Shown here: piece by piece, positions 11,046 through 23,521 of the stretch
Layout: each line of letters opens with the position of its first letter
Numbering within the stretch: position 1 is the stretch's first letter
Source: Felis catus
Lineage: Eukaryota
Direction: 5' to 3'
DNA: 64,000 nt
Assembly: GCF_018350175.1 (NCBI RefSeq)
Contig: NC_058373.1
Coordinates: forward strand, 114,330,001 to 114,394,000
Notes under the pieces: generated by a model
Told to the model about the DNA's origin: nothing
The model's database searches: none
The model's input: the letters and a program-made list of their open reading frames with translations, nothing else
Program-made: the position numbers and the translations under genes

Positions 11046-12044
11046 TTTAGTCTGAAATTTAGCTAAAGGTATCTAAGAGCTAATACTTACTGCTCCTTGC
11101 TGACGGCCGGGAGAGCTGAGGATTGGGTCTCTCAGGGGGTTCCATCAAAGGTGAGGTCTTTAGATCTCAGATCCTTGACATGCCACTAATTGAAGTGAAC
11201 ACTGATATAAGATCAGTTAGTATGAGTTTATTCATTTTTTGAAGTATCAGAGTTTACTTCTAACCCCTAGAACTCTCCTTGCAACATATCCTTAACTCAA
11301 GAGTGAGAGAAAGGGTGTTCTTAAAGTAACTGTAAGAAGAAAAAAAAGAATCAGCCAAACTTCAAGGCAAAGATTTAACTATGCTTGAACAGAGGAACAT
11401 GCAACTTAAAATTAAAATCAGACAGTTATAATCTAGTATTTAATGGTTGTTTAGGCTAATGTTTCTCTTCGTGTTGTTGTTTTTAAATAAAGGTTTTTAT
11501 TCTTTATGATAGCTCAAGGAAAGGAGCACTTGAAAGAGAGTCCGTTAGTTTTCAAGGAAAGTTCACTCTGTCCTCAAGTTACGTAAGAGTTTCTGAAGAT
11601 TCCTGAAGATATCTGTATTATACAGAGTCCATGAGAAGGATATGGAATTGTGAGGGCTTGGGAGGGTGTTAGAGCAACCACCAAGGTCATAGGTCTAAGG
11701 AGCAATCAGGCTCCAGACCACTTCTGCTGCACCCACCATCTAACATTGGGTAAGATATCCTTTGGGTGGAAGTATTTCAGAGACTGGGTAGGAGAAAGAT
11801 ACGGAGTTTCCAACTTCTTCATGCTATAACCAGCTGTAACCAGCACCTTCCTACCCAGCAGTGAACTCCCATCTCCTCTGTCCAACAAATAACACTGATG
11901 TGTTTATGTCTTATTAAGCCATGGGGCAAAGGAGTAAGCCCCATGTTAAAGTAAACAGAGCAAAAATCATCCTACAACCTTTATCAAATACTGAAACAAT
12001 TTTGAATGTGGAAAATTTCTTCTTAATAGGGAAATGGAAAATTA

Positions 12045-12420
12045 CAGATATAGAACCATATAATCTTAGAGCTGGAAGGAACGTTGGAGGTCATCGGCTG
12101 AACCTCACGTACTTCTGGAATTCACATTACAACACCCCTGCTGTCCTCTGCCTGCAGGGTCCTGAGACGGGGTCCTTTCTCTGCACCTTCAAGGAAGCTT
12201 TCCACTCACTGCTGCGTGATTGTTAGACAATTGTTCTTATATTGAACCAAAATACTCCTTCCAGAAACTTCCACCCTTCAGTCAGAGTTTCAATAAGTCT
12301 ATTTCCTCTTCTCTGTGGCAGCCTTTTGAGTATTTTAAAGCTATAAGCCTGATCCCTTTTGAGAGTTTTCCCCTCCGGGCCAAGCATCCTCAGTTTCTCC
12401 AAATGATGCATTCTAAAACG
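12045..12420 (-). mobile_element. L3/CR1 LINE 3' end
   Basis: ATAGAACCATATAATCTTAGAGCTGGAAGGAACGTTGGAGGTCATC...TTCTTATATTGAACCAAAAT...GCAGCCTTTTGAGTATTTTAAAG resembles the antisense CR1 terminus. Confidence 0.7.
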
Positions 12421-13199
12421 TAGCCATAGATAGGCATCGAATTCACTGGAGTGGGGGGTCTCCCTAATGCTTCTTTCTCTCATCTTAAAAACCAGATCTA
12501 TGTCAGCAGTTGGGGCAAGGAATCCATTCTCGGGTATTCACCCAAAGGTACAAGGAGCAAATCTGAGAGCTGTAAGGCACATGCTTTGGTAGGATTTCTT
12601 TCTTTCTTTTTTTTTTTTTTTTAAGTAAGTTTTCAGCAAGTTGGGGTATTTTTAGGAAATAAGTGTGACCCTGCTGACCCCATTCTGGAACAAGCCCAAG
12701 CAGTTTTCCCGGGGGCGAGGCGGAGGGGTGGTGGTGGTGTTCGTGCTAGTTTAGTCTCAAGCTCACTATCCTCCAGACATCAATGAGGATACCAGAGTAG
12801 CTCTTTCAGGAAACTACTGGGGCTGGAATTTCCTTAGTCCTTTGTTTCCTCCACCTGAGCAAAGTGACCCAGAGCAGCGCAGGTGAAGAAGAGGATGTAG
12901 ATACTTCAGAGCAAGAGTTGGGCACAAAAACCCATGTTTGACTAGCTGCTTCACCGTCCCATCCCCCACAACCTGGGTCCCCGTCGCTAGTATGTTTGTG
13001 AGCATGTGTACAAGTGTGTTAGAGACACATATACATTCACAAGGACACATACACATGTCCTCGAGGCCTTTCCTACCAGCACCCGCTTCCCTTGGATTCA
13101 ACTATCCATCAGGGACAAGAAATACAAACCAGGTCTTTACAAGAAGAATCCTGGCCTCTCCTTGGAAGCTGAAGGATTTTATGGTACAGGCAATTTTGC

Positions 13200-13900
13200 C
13201 AGCCAGGAAAACAAGACAAAGGTCTTATTTGGTTTATCAAGCCCAGGTTACACCCATTGTTCAGTGGGCCAAGCAGCGTTAATCAGTACCCAGACCTTTG
13301 AATAGAATCTTTACCAAATAAATCTGTGTAGATATTCTTGCTACATAACGATAAAAGTGCTATTCACTAATATTTTAGGCAATAATCTTTCCTTGCCTAT
13401 AAAATGGGAAGTAATGCCTGCCACGGAGATATAAAGGCAGGGAGATCCAAAACTTATGATAAAATCCAGGGCCAAAATAGTGCTAAATGGGGTTTTCTGG
13501 AAAGAAGGCATTGTGATTAAAAGTCCTAGGAGAACCCTCTCTCCCCAGTTGCTTTTTACATGCCCGTACAAAGACACAGGGGAAAACCGCATGGTTTGGA
13601 AAGCAAAGTACCCCATACAAAAACAATCGTATGTCAAAATTCAAGGATGCAAAAGAATTCGAATTACAACACCAAAAGGAATAGTTATGAAATACCAATG
13701 ATGGTTGATAAATGCTCACCCTATTCACTGAAACACATAAACAAACCTTTGGCCAGAAGCATGGACGTTAACAGGTCACCATTAGGGTGATAAAGGTGCC
13801 GAACACATCTCTGACACAGGGGAAGGTAGAGAACCGGGTGTCTCCCCTTTGATAAATGCTGCTCTCTGAGAAGCCTAGCTTGACAGGGAGCTGGAAATAA
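13200..13900. promoter_or_regulatory. Candidate enhancer (GATA / PBX-HOX / MEIS / FOX motif cluster)
   Basis: No recognisable repeat; TGATAA at 13457, 13706, 13788, 13850, TTATCA 13234, ATAAACA 13737, TGACAG 13881. Motif evidence only. Confidence 0.35.
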
Positions 13901-14429
13901 TCAACCAGGGTTTTGGAAAGGGCTCTCCTGGATCCTCTTGGGTTCTTGTGCGGCCCATTCTACGGGCCTCCCATCTTCCCTCCTGGTTGTCAAAACAAGT
14001 CTGTGGGAGAGGCATTCTCAGGAATGTGTGATGCTTTGTTTAATATGGAAAATGATCCTCCTGAGGCCCGGGAAGAGGCAGATTTCCTCTGCAACCTTCA
14101 CAATACAAACTCCAAGGGAAGGGGGGCAGTTTAACAGGGTGCATAAGAAAGGTGTCTGATTTGTGGCTCCTTCAGAAAGTGAGTGCCCCTGAGCTTAATT
14201 GTAGGCATCCAAAGGGTTAAGTCGACTTGGTGGACTGTGATTCCTGAGAGAGCTGTTCTCTCTCATTCTCTTCTTTTAAGGATCTTATTAAGATGAGAAC
14301 TGTTTACCCACAGCTTAGAGAAGGCGGTGGGAGGAAAGTACTCTGCTTTTCTGATGCATGGAGTTACTACCCTTGTACGGGTGAGGGAATTTTTAAAGGA
14401 TTAGGATACAATGAAACACATGGCACCTA

Positions 14430-14625
14430 ACCAGGCTTTTCATTCTGAATCTCAGCCTCCGGACTGCTTGTTAAGACCTGAAGTTCTGAATCTCCATTTC
14501 CTCACCTGTAAAATGGGGCGAGAACTGACCTCGAAATTGTTGCAAGGATTAAATTAGTGAAATGGATTCAAGTGTCATCTCAGCACATGGTACATGGCCT
14601 CCAGGAAACAGTAGCTATTATTAGA
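14430..14625 (+). mobile_element. MIR
   Basis: TTTCCTCACCTGTAAAATGGGG...TTGTTGCAAGGATTAAATTAG...TAGCTATTATT. Confidence 0.75.
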
Positions 14626-15054
14626 ATTGACTTTTCATTGCTGATTCATTCTTGAGCTCTATACATTTTGTGCAGAAGAATCATTAATGGAAATCAATAA
14701 TTGTGTAGGTAGGCGATGACCTAAGATTTCAGAGTGCAGAGAAATCATTTAGTAACAAAGATCCAACTAGTACATTTCTGCTATGTACTCGTACAAGGGC
14801 CTGGGTTTTCAGCCAGGCAGACCTGAGCTCCCGTCCTAGCACCACAACCCTTTTGCTGGGTAACTATGGAAAATTACTCAGAAAATAATATGTAACGTTT
14901 ATAAAGCATTTACGTGTTTTGATAATTTTATAATGCCATGTTTTCTTTTTATAGTCAGTGGCACTTTAATAGCAAGATCTTGCATTTTAAAAAAAATGAA
15001 AAACTTAAGCACTCTTTCAAGTTTTTTCTCTTATTTTTAAATTAGGGAACTAGA

Positions 15055-15167
15055 GGGGCGCCTGGCTGGCTCTGTCGGTGGAGGGCGCGACTCTTGATCT
15101 CAGGGTTATGAGTTCAAGCCCTACACTGGGTGTAGAGATTGCTTAAAAATAAAATCCTTAAAAAAAA
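15055..15167 (+). mobile_element. Short old CAN-SINE (SINEC_old-like, no CT tract)
   Basis: GGGGCGCCTGGCTGGCTC...GACTCTTGATCTCAGGGTT...CTGGGTGTAGAGATTGCTTAAAAATAAAATC; degenerate TSD AAATTAGGGAACTA / AAATTAGAGAGCTA. Confidence 0.9.
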
Positions 15168-15884
15168 TTAGAGAGCTATGTTGCATAGTTTGGAAAGCAG
15201 AAGAGAGAGAATCATAATTTAACCTTCCTAACACAGTCACTGTCTCCATTGTATCGTTATCAGGTTCACACACACACACACAATATACACACATATAACA
15301 CACATAACACACACAGCAGAAAAAGGCAAAATATATAGACTTCAAGGATTCTATCAAATGGACCCAGGCTTCTTTAATGGCCCTTGTCAACCTTACATGT
15401 GCTCAAGAAACATTGGCTTTTGGCTACTGTGGGCATTATCAGGAAAGAAACTGGGAAACCGAGGAGACTCTTGAATCTTACCCTGCTGATATTTAATCCC
15501 CCTGGGTCTTCCCATCTGGATTCGTGGTGCTATTAAATGTTATCTATTCTGAAGTTCTACCAAAGACCTGAGAAAAGGTGATCCCCCAAAATGGGAGGAA
15601 TACATAAGCTGGCCGTGGAAAAACATCTGATGCGCCTAGCACTTCCCCATTTGGAAAACCAAATGTGAACGTGGACACCTATAGAATTAAAGAGAAAATA
15701 AACTCCACGGAAACACAGTATTTTCTGAAATATCTGGGAAGGGGACAGTCAGTGAAGAACGGCGAAGACAAGTCACAACGCTGCTTCGCACAGAAGATAA
15801 ACCTGGAAACTCTGCCATGATACATGCTGCACACTGACAGGAAATAAAAATAAATCCCAAGAGGTTCAGGTGTGGAAGGCAGGA

Positions 15885-16079
15885 GGGTGGTGTCATCAGA
15901 TAAAATGCAGGACACCTAGTTAAATTTTAATTTCAGAAAAACAGCAAACCATTCTTTAGTGTAAGTATATCTCATGCAGTCTGTGGGACATACTTACACT
16001 AAAAATGTATTTGCTGTTTATCTGAAATTAGAACTTAACTGTGTGTCCTGTATTTCAATTTGCAAAATCCAGCACTCCT
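15885..16079. mobile_element. MER53 palindromic non-autonomous DNA transposon
   Basis: Long inverted arms CAGGACACCTAGTTAAATTTTAATTTCAGA...TTTAGTGTAAGTAT / ATACTTACACTAAA...TCTGAAATTAGAACTTAACTGTGTGTCCTG. Confidence 0.88.
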
Positions 16080-17574
16080 GCTGGAGAAGGGGAAGCTAGG
16101 CAGCAGGGGAAAAGGCAGAGATTCCGAGCAATAAAATTAAGTAAAGTGATAGCAAAATGTGAAAGATTAAAAAAAAAAATTAAAAAGTTTGGGTCTCATT
16201 TATGAATGACAGAGTCATCAACGTTTATTAGAAAAAACCATGAAGGGTTTCCTAATTGAGCCTCCAAAATTTAGAATGTTTCCTGTCACAGAGGGCAACG
16301 GTGTCTCCCTATCAGGGTCTCCCCGGTGTCGCTCATGCAACAAAACCTGGGCCATGCAGATGGGGATTGAGGTCAGGATTAGAAGGCTGATATTTTTCAT
16401 GTTCCTCCCGCCAGGCTCTGCCCTCTCAGAGGCACCCCATTTCTGAGAGAGCCTGTGCAGCGCGGTCCCCACTCCTCCGCAGTTCACGAGATCCTACTAA
16501 GCATCGGGCACCAGGTAAACATGAGCACTACCAGGTCCCCAGGGAAAGCGCTGGAGCTATGTAGTTGTTGAATGAATACCTGAATCAACCCTTTCTCTTC
16601 AAAGACCTGCCCCCCCTTCCCCGCCCCATTCCTTCACCATCTCCGTTTCCCTTGTAAAAACTCCTCAGCTTCCCTCCACCTTGTGCTCTAATAAATACCT
16701 GCACCTTGCCCCAGATGAACTGATAAATATCGGGCCACATGGACAGGATGAAATTTTGCTCAGGGGCCCTTCTGAACCTGCATGCTCTTCATAGGCAGCG
16801 GACACGTCACCACTTGTCTTTAAGTGCTTCTGATCTGCCTTTACTTCTGTCACTTGGGGAGCAAGGCTTCCCCCCTGGTAGTTGTGCATGAGAAACCCTC
16901 TTTAAAAAGTAATCCTGTACAGATGGGTGAGTAGGGAATATGACCAGCATACAGCCTGACTCGGGCAGATGTAAGTTTAGGCATCTGATAAGTATTTGGT
17001 TCTGTCCAGGAAGTAGCTGGCCCATGAAATCAGATATGGAGAGGAAGTTTGTCCCTGGGAGGGGCCCCTCACGACGGAGCCACGGACCAGGGGAGACCGG
17101 AATGCTCGCTAGGCTGGGGGGCTGTGTGAATGCACGTGGGCCCAGGGAGCCTCGGCCAGAATTCATTTCCCTCTACCTCCACTCGGGTGTCACTGTGAGT
17201 CCAGCCAAAGCTTGCTGAATTACTCTGTCCATTTTAAAGAGCGAGGTGTCCCGGGATTGTTCGTGACTCAGTGGTTCCTAATGTCTTCCTTCTCCCATTA
17301 TAAACGTATCAGCTTATCGAATGAGACACATCAGTTAGCACATTGATGTTGGAAGATTTCCACTGACAGCCACGACCACAGACACAGGACAGTGAGATTA
17401 CAAAATCCTTTTACTCACAGGGACTTCAAAAATCTCGTTCGTTTTCTGTTCCCCTTGATGCCTTGTTTGTGACAGGTACTTAGCAAATATTCGTTGAACA
17501 ACTAAATGAAGAAGTGAATGAGTGAATGACGGACGTTAAAATCTTCCTAGATGCATGAAGATTGGAACTCGAGA

Positions 17575-17975
17575 CCAGGCCTCATGCCACTGTGGGAAAA
17601 GCCCGAGAGCAGTCCTAGCTTTACCACATACTAGTCTTGTGATTAGGTCAAGTCACTTAAACTCCATGACCTTTAGCTTCTGAGGCTATAAACAGAAATA
17701 ATCTGCTGCCTTAATGGGTGGTTTTGAAAATCAAGTGAGACTTCATATCTGAAAGTGGCTGTTAGATGGATCTAAGATTATCAGATAGGATTCAAAACCA
17801 GGTTCTCTCTACCTTCAGCTATGGGATCTTGCTCAAGTTAATTAACCTACTCAGGCCTCAGTTTTCCCATCTACAAAATGGGAATCATAACCACACCGAC
17901 TTCATGGAACTGTCACTACGCTTAAATGAGATTGTGTATACATGCATGATCACACATACATGGTAAGCTCACGCC
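17575..17975 (+). mobile_element. Two adjacent MIR elements
   Basis: GGTCAAGTCACTTAAACTC near 17650 and GCCTCAGTTTTCCCATCTACAAAATGGGAATCATAA near 17860. Confidence 0.75.
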
Positions 17976-18103
17976 AGCTTTTCTTCTTTGGGTTCCCATT
18001 CTCCGTGTATTTTCTAGATGAGTTATTATTATGCATTGCCTAGACTTTCTCTCTGCCAATCCACCAGTTGGCAAGTAAATTAATTAGGTGATAAGCGATT
18101 CCT

Positions 18104-18130
18104 TTTATTATTATTATTATTATTATTATT
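18104..18130. repeat. (TTA)n microsatellite
   Basis: Seen directly. Confidence 0.9.
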
Positions 18131-20949
18131 CTGATGATGATGATTAAAGCAGGTGGCTGGTCTGACTGGCCACAGGTCATGCACACAAAGCAGCTGCAGT
18201 GGTATCCCAGGATTGTTTCCTTATCGAGGACCTGCCACCCAGGTGTTTCCTCATCTCAAGACCCACCCTCTAGGTTTCCTCAAATTGTGTCTTCCAGATG
18301 AGGCCCACCCACCGGAGTTGAGTTTGGAGGGAACTGACCCTGGTGTGCGTGAGGAAGTACTTCACTGATCACGGCCCCGGCCACTCTTTCAGGAAAACTC
18401 GGTCACCTCGCCCCTGACTCTTCCTCCCGCCCAAATCCTCAGGCAAAAGCAGAGGAATGTAGCGAGCCTTCCACGAGAAACAGCCATTAACCTAGTTTTC
18501 AATGTCTCTAAGACCTGCCTGGCTACACCAGATAGGAGTCTGGGAGGGGGTTTTTTTGTTTTTCATTTAAAAAACAAAAATCATTTTGAGACGCCCGAAC
18601 AGTGTGCTGATTTATACCATTTATCTCTCTTCTTAAACCACCGTATCGACTTATTGACCCTGCTTGTTCTATCTGGTGGATACCACACTTGTAAAGGTAT
18701 CATAAAAGGTGCTTTCTGTCAATGCCAGGTTTCAAGCCCTCCCAATCTAAAACCCCAGAGAACGTTACACCAAGAGTCCCACATACCTCTGTGCTAGTGA
18801 CGACACCCTGGGACCTCTAATCCCAAAACCCTGGGTCAAGGTCTCCTGTCCCTTATCACTTGTTTTCACTGAGGCTAAACGCATCTGTTTGGTATGTGGA
18901 CAGATTTTTTTAACTCCTTTCACAAAGTCTAGTGCTTGAGACAAAGTCAGCCCAGGTTCTGCCCTTTCTCATTATTTCAGCAACTCTCTTGCTTGATATT
19001 AAAAATAGCTTTGTCTACTCCATCGAGATCAGACTCAGGAGACAGGCGCCTGCTACTCTAATCTCAGCTTCACAAATAGCTCTCTATGGGCTCAAGCATC
19101 TATCAGCACTTCTAGGAGTCTCTGGTTATACAACAGGGCCAGGCCTTGGTACCTATAAAGGTAGGCTCTATTTGACTCTCCTGAGCCGTCCAGGAAGTCA
19201 ACGTGAGGCCTACGCAGCCTTGTTCCCACCATGGACCGCCAACTGTGGCTTGAAACTGGGAAGCAGTTAAGAGCATCCCCCACACTTAAGGTATCCTGCA
19301 TTTCCCAGGCCAGAACCTACAAAAGCTTCCCTCAAACAACGCTGGTAAACAGACTGCCCATCCCCCCCCCTCACTTCCCCCATGCTGCCCCCCAACCCCC
19401 ACCCCCAAGCCCATCTTGTACTCTGTGAAAGACCATAGACCCTGTGGTTGCCAAGGGAACCAAGCCTTTTATTCCATCCCAGTGACTGGCTGGTTGGGGC
19501 TGAGGAGTGGGGTAACAACTGGTGCCCAGGCCTTTGGAAGCCCCCCAACGGACCCCCCTTTTCTCAAAGGGGGAGTGGTGGGCTTCACCCCCAGTGCCTT
19601 TTCACCCAACCCCAGCTGGGTGGGACAGAGCCCTTGGGCTCTCAGGAGCTTCCTGGCTGCGAGCTCAGGGAGATCAGTGCTCCCCAGGCCCTCCTCTGGC
19701 CCTGGCCCTTTCCAGAGGACAATAGCCTCCATGCAAGGGAAAATTCCATCGCCCAGGGTTCAAGTCTCCAAGGAGTTGCTGGGGCCTCTGTTTAGCCTGG
19801 AGTGGGCTCTGAGGAGCCGATGCAGCTGCCTGGCTTGTTTTCCCCCTTGCTGTGTTTTATTTTTAACCCCTGAGCTGCCAAGGATTGTTTTTCCCCAGTC
19901 AGCGCCTGGGAACAGAGAGAGGAAAGAAATAAGGCTTTGTTCCCTTTGGGGAACTAATTGGGAGAGACAGGCGTTAGGGCCAGCTCAGCCCCATTAGGGT
20001 GTGAGGCTCCCACCCCTGCACACACATCATCCCCCGGCCCACACCCAGGAGGCTGGGAGAGGGGGTGCTGCAACCGAGGCCCAGGGGCTAGGGCAGAAAC
20101 AAGCACAACTTCAAGGCCATGAAAGCAGCCATGTTTTCGAACTCAGAAGACACGCAGGATAGAGGGATGTTGGGGACTGGAAATGTCTACTCTTTCCCAG
20201 TTCAAACCCCTAGACCAACCCTCACTTTTCCCCCCTGCTCTTTCCGTCCAAATATGCATAAGGGACCTCGGATAAAGTGGGGGAAAAAAAGGGAAAACCA
20301 GGACATAATGCTTTTAAACACTAGGTTATTAAATGGGAACCACCTAGCAATCCCACTTTTAAGTTTATCGAAACTTCTTTTCACTCAGGAATTTAGTTCC
20401 ATTGCAAATCAGCTCAAAATCAATAAAAAGTTAGCCTATCGTCATTTTGTTTTAAAATCGAATGGATCCCAAGGAGGGATCCGTAAAAGAATTTAAGGAT
20501 TACTTTGATCCCATTTTTTTCTTTTTTTGGAGGGGGTGTCATAATTATCTTTTATTTGCTGAGTGCCAGCTTTGTGCCATGTGTGGGTTCTTTATTTTTC
20601 TTCCAGTTGTCTCGAGGTATAATTGACATCAGAGCAAATTTCTAAGAAAGCATCAACCCCCCTCCACTTCCAGCAAGTGCATCCAGGTGCATTCAGGTAA
20701 GGACAGTTCATCTATCCCCCAAGAGTGGTTGAGAAAAGAGGAGGCCAGGCCTCAGTGCGGGCTAGACGCCGTGCACGGTCTGCAAAGAGTGTCTCTGTCC
20801 CAGGGCACACAGGCTCCACTCCCCGACACAGCGCCCCCGACCCCAGTGTGTCTGCAGTGGGGCAAGAGGACGATGTGGACTGACAGAGCCGAAAGGTTCG
20901 TGCTGACGCTGGAAGAATGCCGATTGGGACCTAAGACACAGGCAATAGA

Positions 20950-21300
20950 AAAAACCATTTTCTTACAACGTCAGCCTTGTGAACTTCACACATGCAGCTG
21001 TGGCGCTGGCTCTCCCACCAGTGAATCTTGCTGACTCAGCGTCCCGCACTGCAGCGGACCAACCCTTCCTCTTGTGGAGCAAGACTACATTTTCAGGAAG
21101 CTGTTAGGCAGGATGAGGCAACTTACAGCGCAGGAAAAGAGTCTGGTGCCCTCGCGGTGCTGGGGTTTGAACCATCCCGCGGGAATTTCCCAGCATACAG
21201 ACCAAGGCCTTGGGAGTGAGCACAGAGATGGGAGGGTGAGTCAAGCTGGGACTCTGCACCCGGAAGCCTGGCTGAGACTCCCCTCACATCATCCCACACT
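20950..21300. promoter_or_regulatory. Candidate signal-inducible enhancer (MARE/ARE, NF-kB, AP-1, ETS)
   Basis: TGCTGACTCAGCG 21029, GGGAATTTCCC 21181, TGAGTCA 21237, CCGGAAG 21260. Motif evidence only. Confidence 0.4.
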
Positions 21301-21699
21301 CCCTGTCTGCGTCTGGTCCCAGTACACGGAGCCCCAAGATTCTGCGCCTCGATCTGTATTCTCCGTAACACTGTGGATGGCCAAACCAGGATCGCCCCAG
21401 GGCCTGCTACACCAGTCACTCAACGTCTTTGAGCACTGGGCACTCCCGAACCAGGCCATCTCAGACCGGGGCTCCCCGCCACACACCCTGTCTGGAGAGA
21501 CCCTAGCCCCCATCAGTACCGACTATGCGCTTGGACCATCTGTATTTTTGTTTTCAGCTTTTCTTAAGACAAACTATGGGCCATTGAGGGACTAGGCAGG
21601 GACGAGAGGGCACCTCGAAGTGGCCATTTTCACAACAAAGCCTCCGGTTGGTGCCACATTCTTGAACTGAATAGAAAGGCAGAAAGCTAACCGACCCAT

Positions 21700-21880
21700 C
21701 AGAATGATAATAACTAACGTTCACAGACTGGTCACACACCAAGAGTGTTCTGGAGGCTTTCTGTGTTTTAATTGATTTTCATCCCCTGATAACCCTTTAA
21801 GTGAAAGACTGTTGTTTTTCTATTGTGTGGATGAGGAAAGTGAAGCAAGGTGGCGAACCACATGGTCCCAAGTGTGGCAA
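21700..21880 (-). mobile_element. MIR (diverged)
   Basis: AATAACTAACGTT...GGATGAGGAAAGTGAAGCA. Confidence 0.55.
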
Positions 21881-23481
21881 CTACTGTGTCCCCAAGGAAG
21901 CCCCATCAGGAAGCCTGCGCTGTTTGCCCAGAGTCTCTCCCGACAGCCCCGTGTCCTCGCTGTGGCTTCACCTGGCTTCTGTACTACAGGAAGAAAGATG
22001 CAGGGGGCCCCTCCAGAAGCTTAACGAGGTGGGAGTGTAAGTTTAACTGGGCAAATGCGGCTGGAGAGGCAGGAGACCCGGGTTCCCATCAGCCTTTATC
22101 CATGGTAACACTGCCAATTCTTCTGGCTCCTAAGCTGCCGCTCCTCCTGGGTCAGCCGAGAGGCCTCCCAGCGCCTCCCACCCCCCAGGTTCCCGCCCGG
22201 CCTCGGATTCTGTGAAGAACGGTGACAGGCAGCATGTGTTGATGCGAGGATGGCCCCAGACAGCGCAAACCTGACAAATAACCACTCGCCCCACTCGTGA
22301 GCCTTATAGTGCACTTCTCAGTGTTTGGGGAACTATGTGTTCTTTTGAAATGTGTCTGTTTGGGTCATGAGTAAGTATTGAGGGAGAGGGGATGGGTGCC
22401 TTTTTCCAGTTAATGAAGAAGGTTTCATGGAAGAAGAAGATTTTCTTAGTCACATTTCCTGTTTCACAGTGACCTTTTGAAAGGAAACCCACAAATAAGC
22501 CCGTGCCAAGGCCTGCTTACACGATCTACCCGCAGGTATAATAAAGACGATCTAAATAAAGACCACAGTGGGCCAAGCTTAACCTGAATCAATGGAAATA
22601 ATAAGACACTGAGAAGGTCTGATGGACTGAGATAGAGAGATGTTGGTGTTCCGTAAACTGCAAAAAAAAAAAAAAAAAAAAAAAAAAACCACAACAACAT
22701 CTAAGAGACCCGCGTGATCATTCAACAGGGATCCAAGCAAGGAGGCGGAGGAACCACACAGTGATCTTTTCATTGGTCCCTATGTGCTTAGGGCTTAGCC
22801 CCTTGTTATAAAACAGAGGCTCTAGAAATTGAGAGATGCTCAGAGGGATTTCAAAAGAGGCAGTGATGACTGGGTTGTAAAATTAGTTATGGGGATTGAG
22901 GTTATTTAGCCCGGCCAGGAAAGAACCTAGAGATAACCGAAGAAGTATAAAGTTGGCCAGCCCTGGTTGTCTGACAGACAACGGTAGGGGCACGCTTCTA
23001 TAGCTGCTGACCGCAGGTGGACACGCCGGGATGGGAGCGTTGACATGGAACGTTCAAGAACATGCTGAACATGACTGGAGTGTGGAGCAGGTTGTCAAGG
23101 CCGGGGCTGGCCTCACCTTCCCCAGGAGCGTTGGACGATCAGACTTCAGAGCCTGGGTCCTGACGGGATGAAGAGCACGAACCACTGTCAACGTTCACAT
23201 CTAGTCAAGGACAATTCCACAGAGATTTGGGGCATGGAAAGCTTTGTTTGTTCTGTTTTAAACAAAGAAGCCTGGAATTTGGCTCAGGTAAAAAAAAGAA
23301 AAAATCAGGCAAAAGAAGCATCGAGAGCGTTAGCAAAAATGGAGTGGAGAATAAGGGGAGGCGGGGGGGGGGGGGAGGTGGTTGCCAGGCAATGACCCTA
23401 AGAGTTAGAGAGTTTATTTGGGTGTTGATACTTGGTTTTTGGTTGGTTGGGGGTTTTTTTTGGTCAAAAGTGAAAGAGGAC

Positions 23482-23521
23482 TTTTATTTTATTTTATTTT
23501 ATTTTATTTTATTTTATTTTA
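23482..23521. repeat. (ATTTT)n tract, probably the tail of the adjacent antisense L1 fragment (about 23520-23850)
   Basis: Repeat seen directly; flank TAGGTAATACACTCACATGGTCAAAA is L1MC/ME-like. Confidence 0.75.

Noticed and set aside
15055..15167. tRNA-like sequence with A and B boxes
   Set aside because: Short tRNA-derived CAN-SINE with A tail and TSD, not a tRNA gene
19416..19997. Longest ORF in the track (193 aa)
   Set aside because: Non-ATG start, P/S/G-rich composition typical of GC-rich non-coding DNA, overlapping ORFs in other frames, no domain recognised
22662..22688. Orphan poly(A), and poly(T) at 36545-36579, as possible retrocopy tails
   Set aside because: No TSD or adjacent mRNA-like body visible
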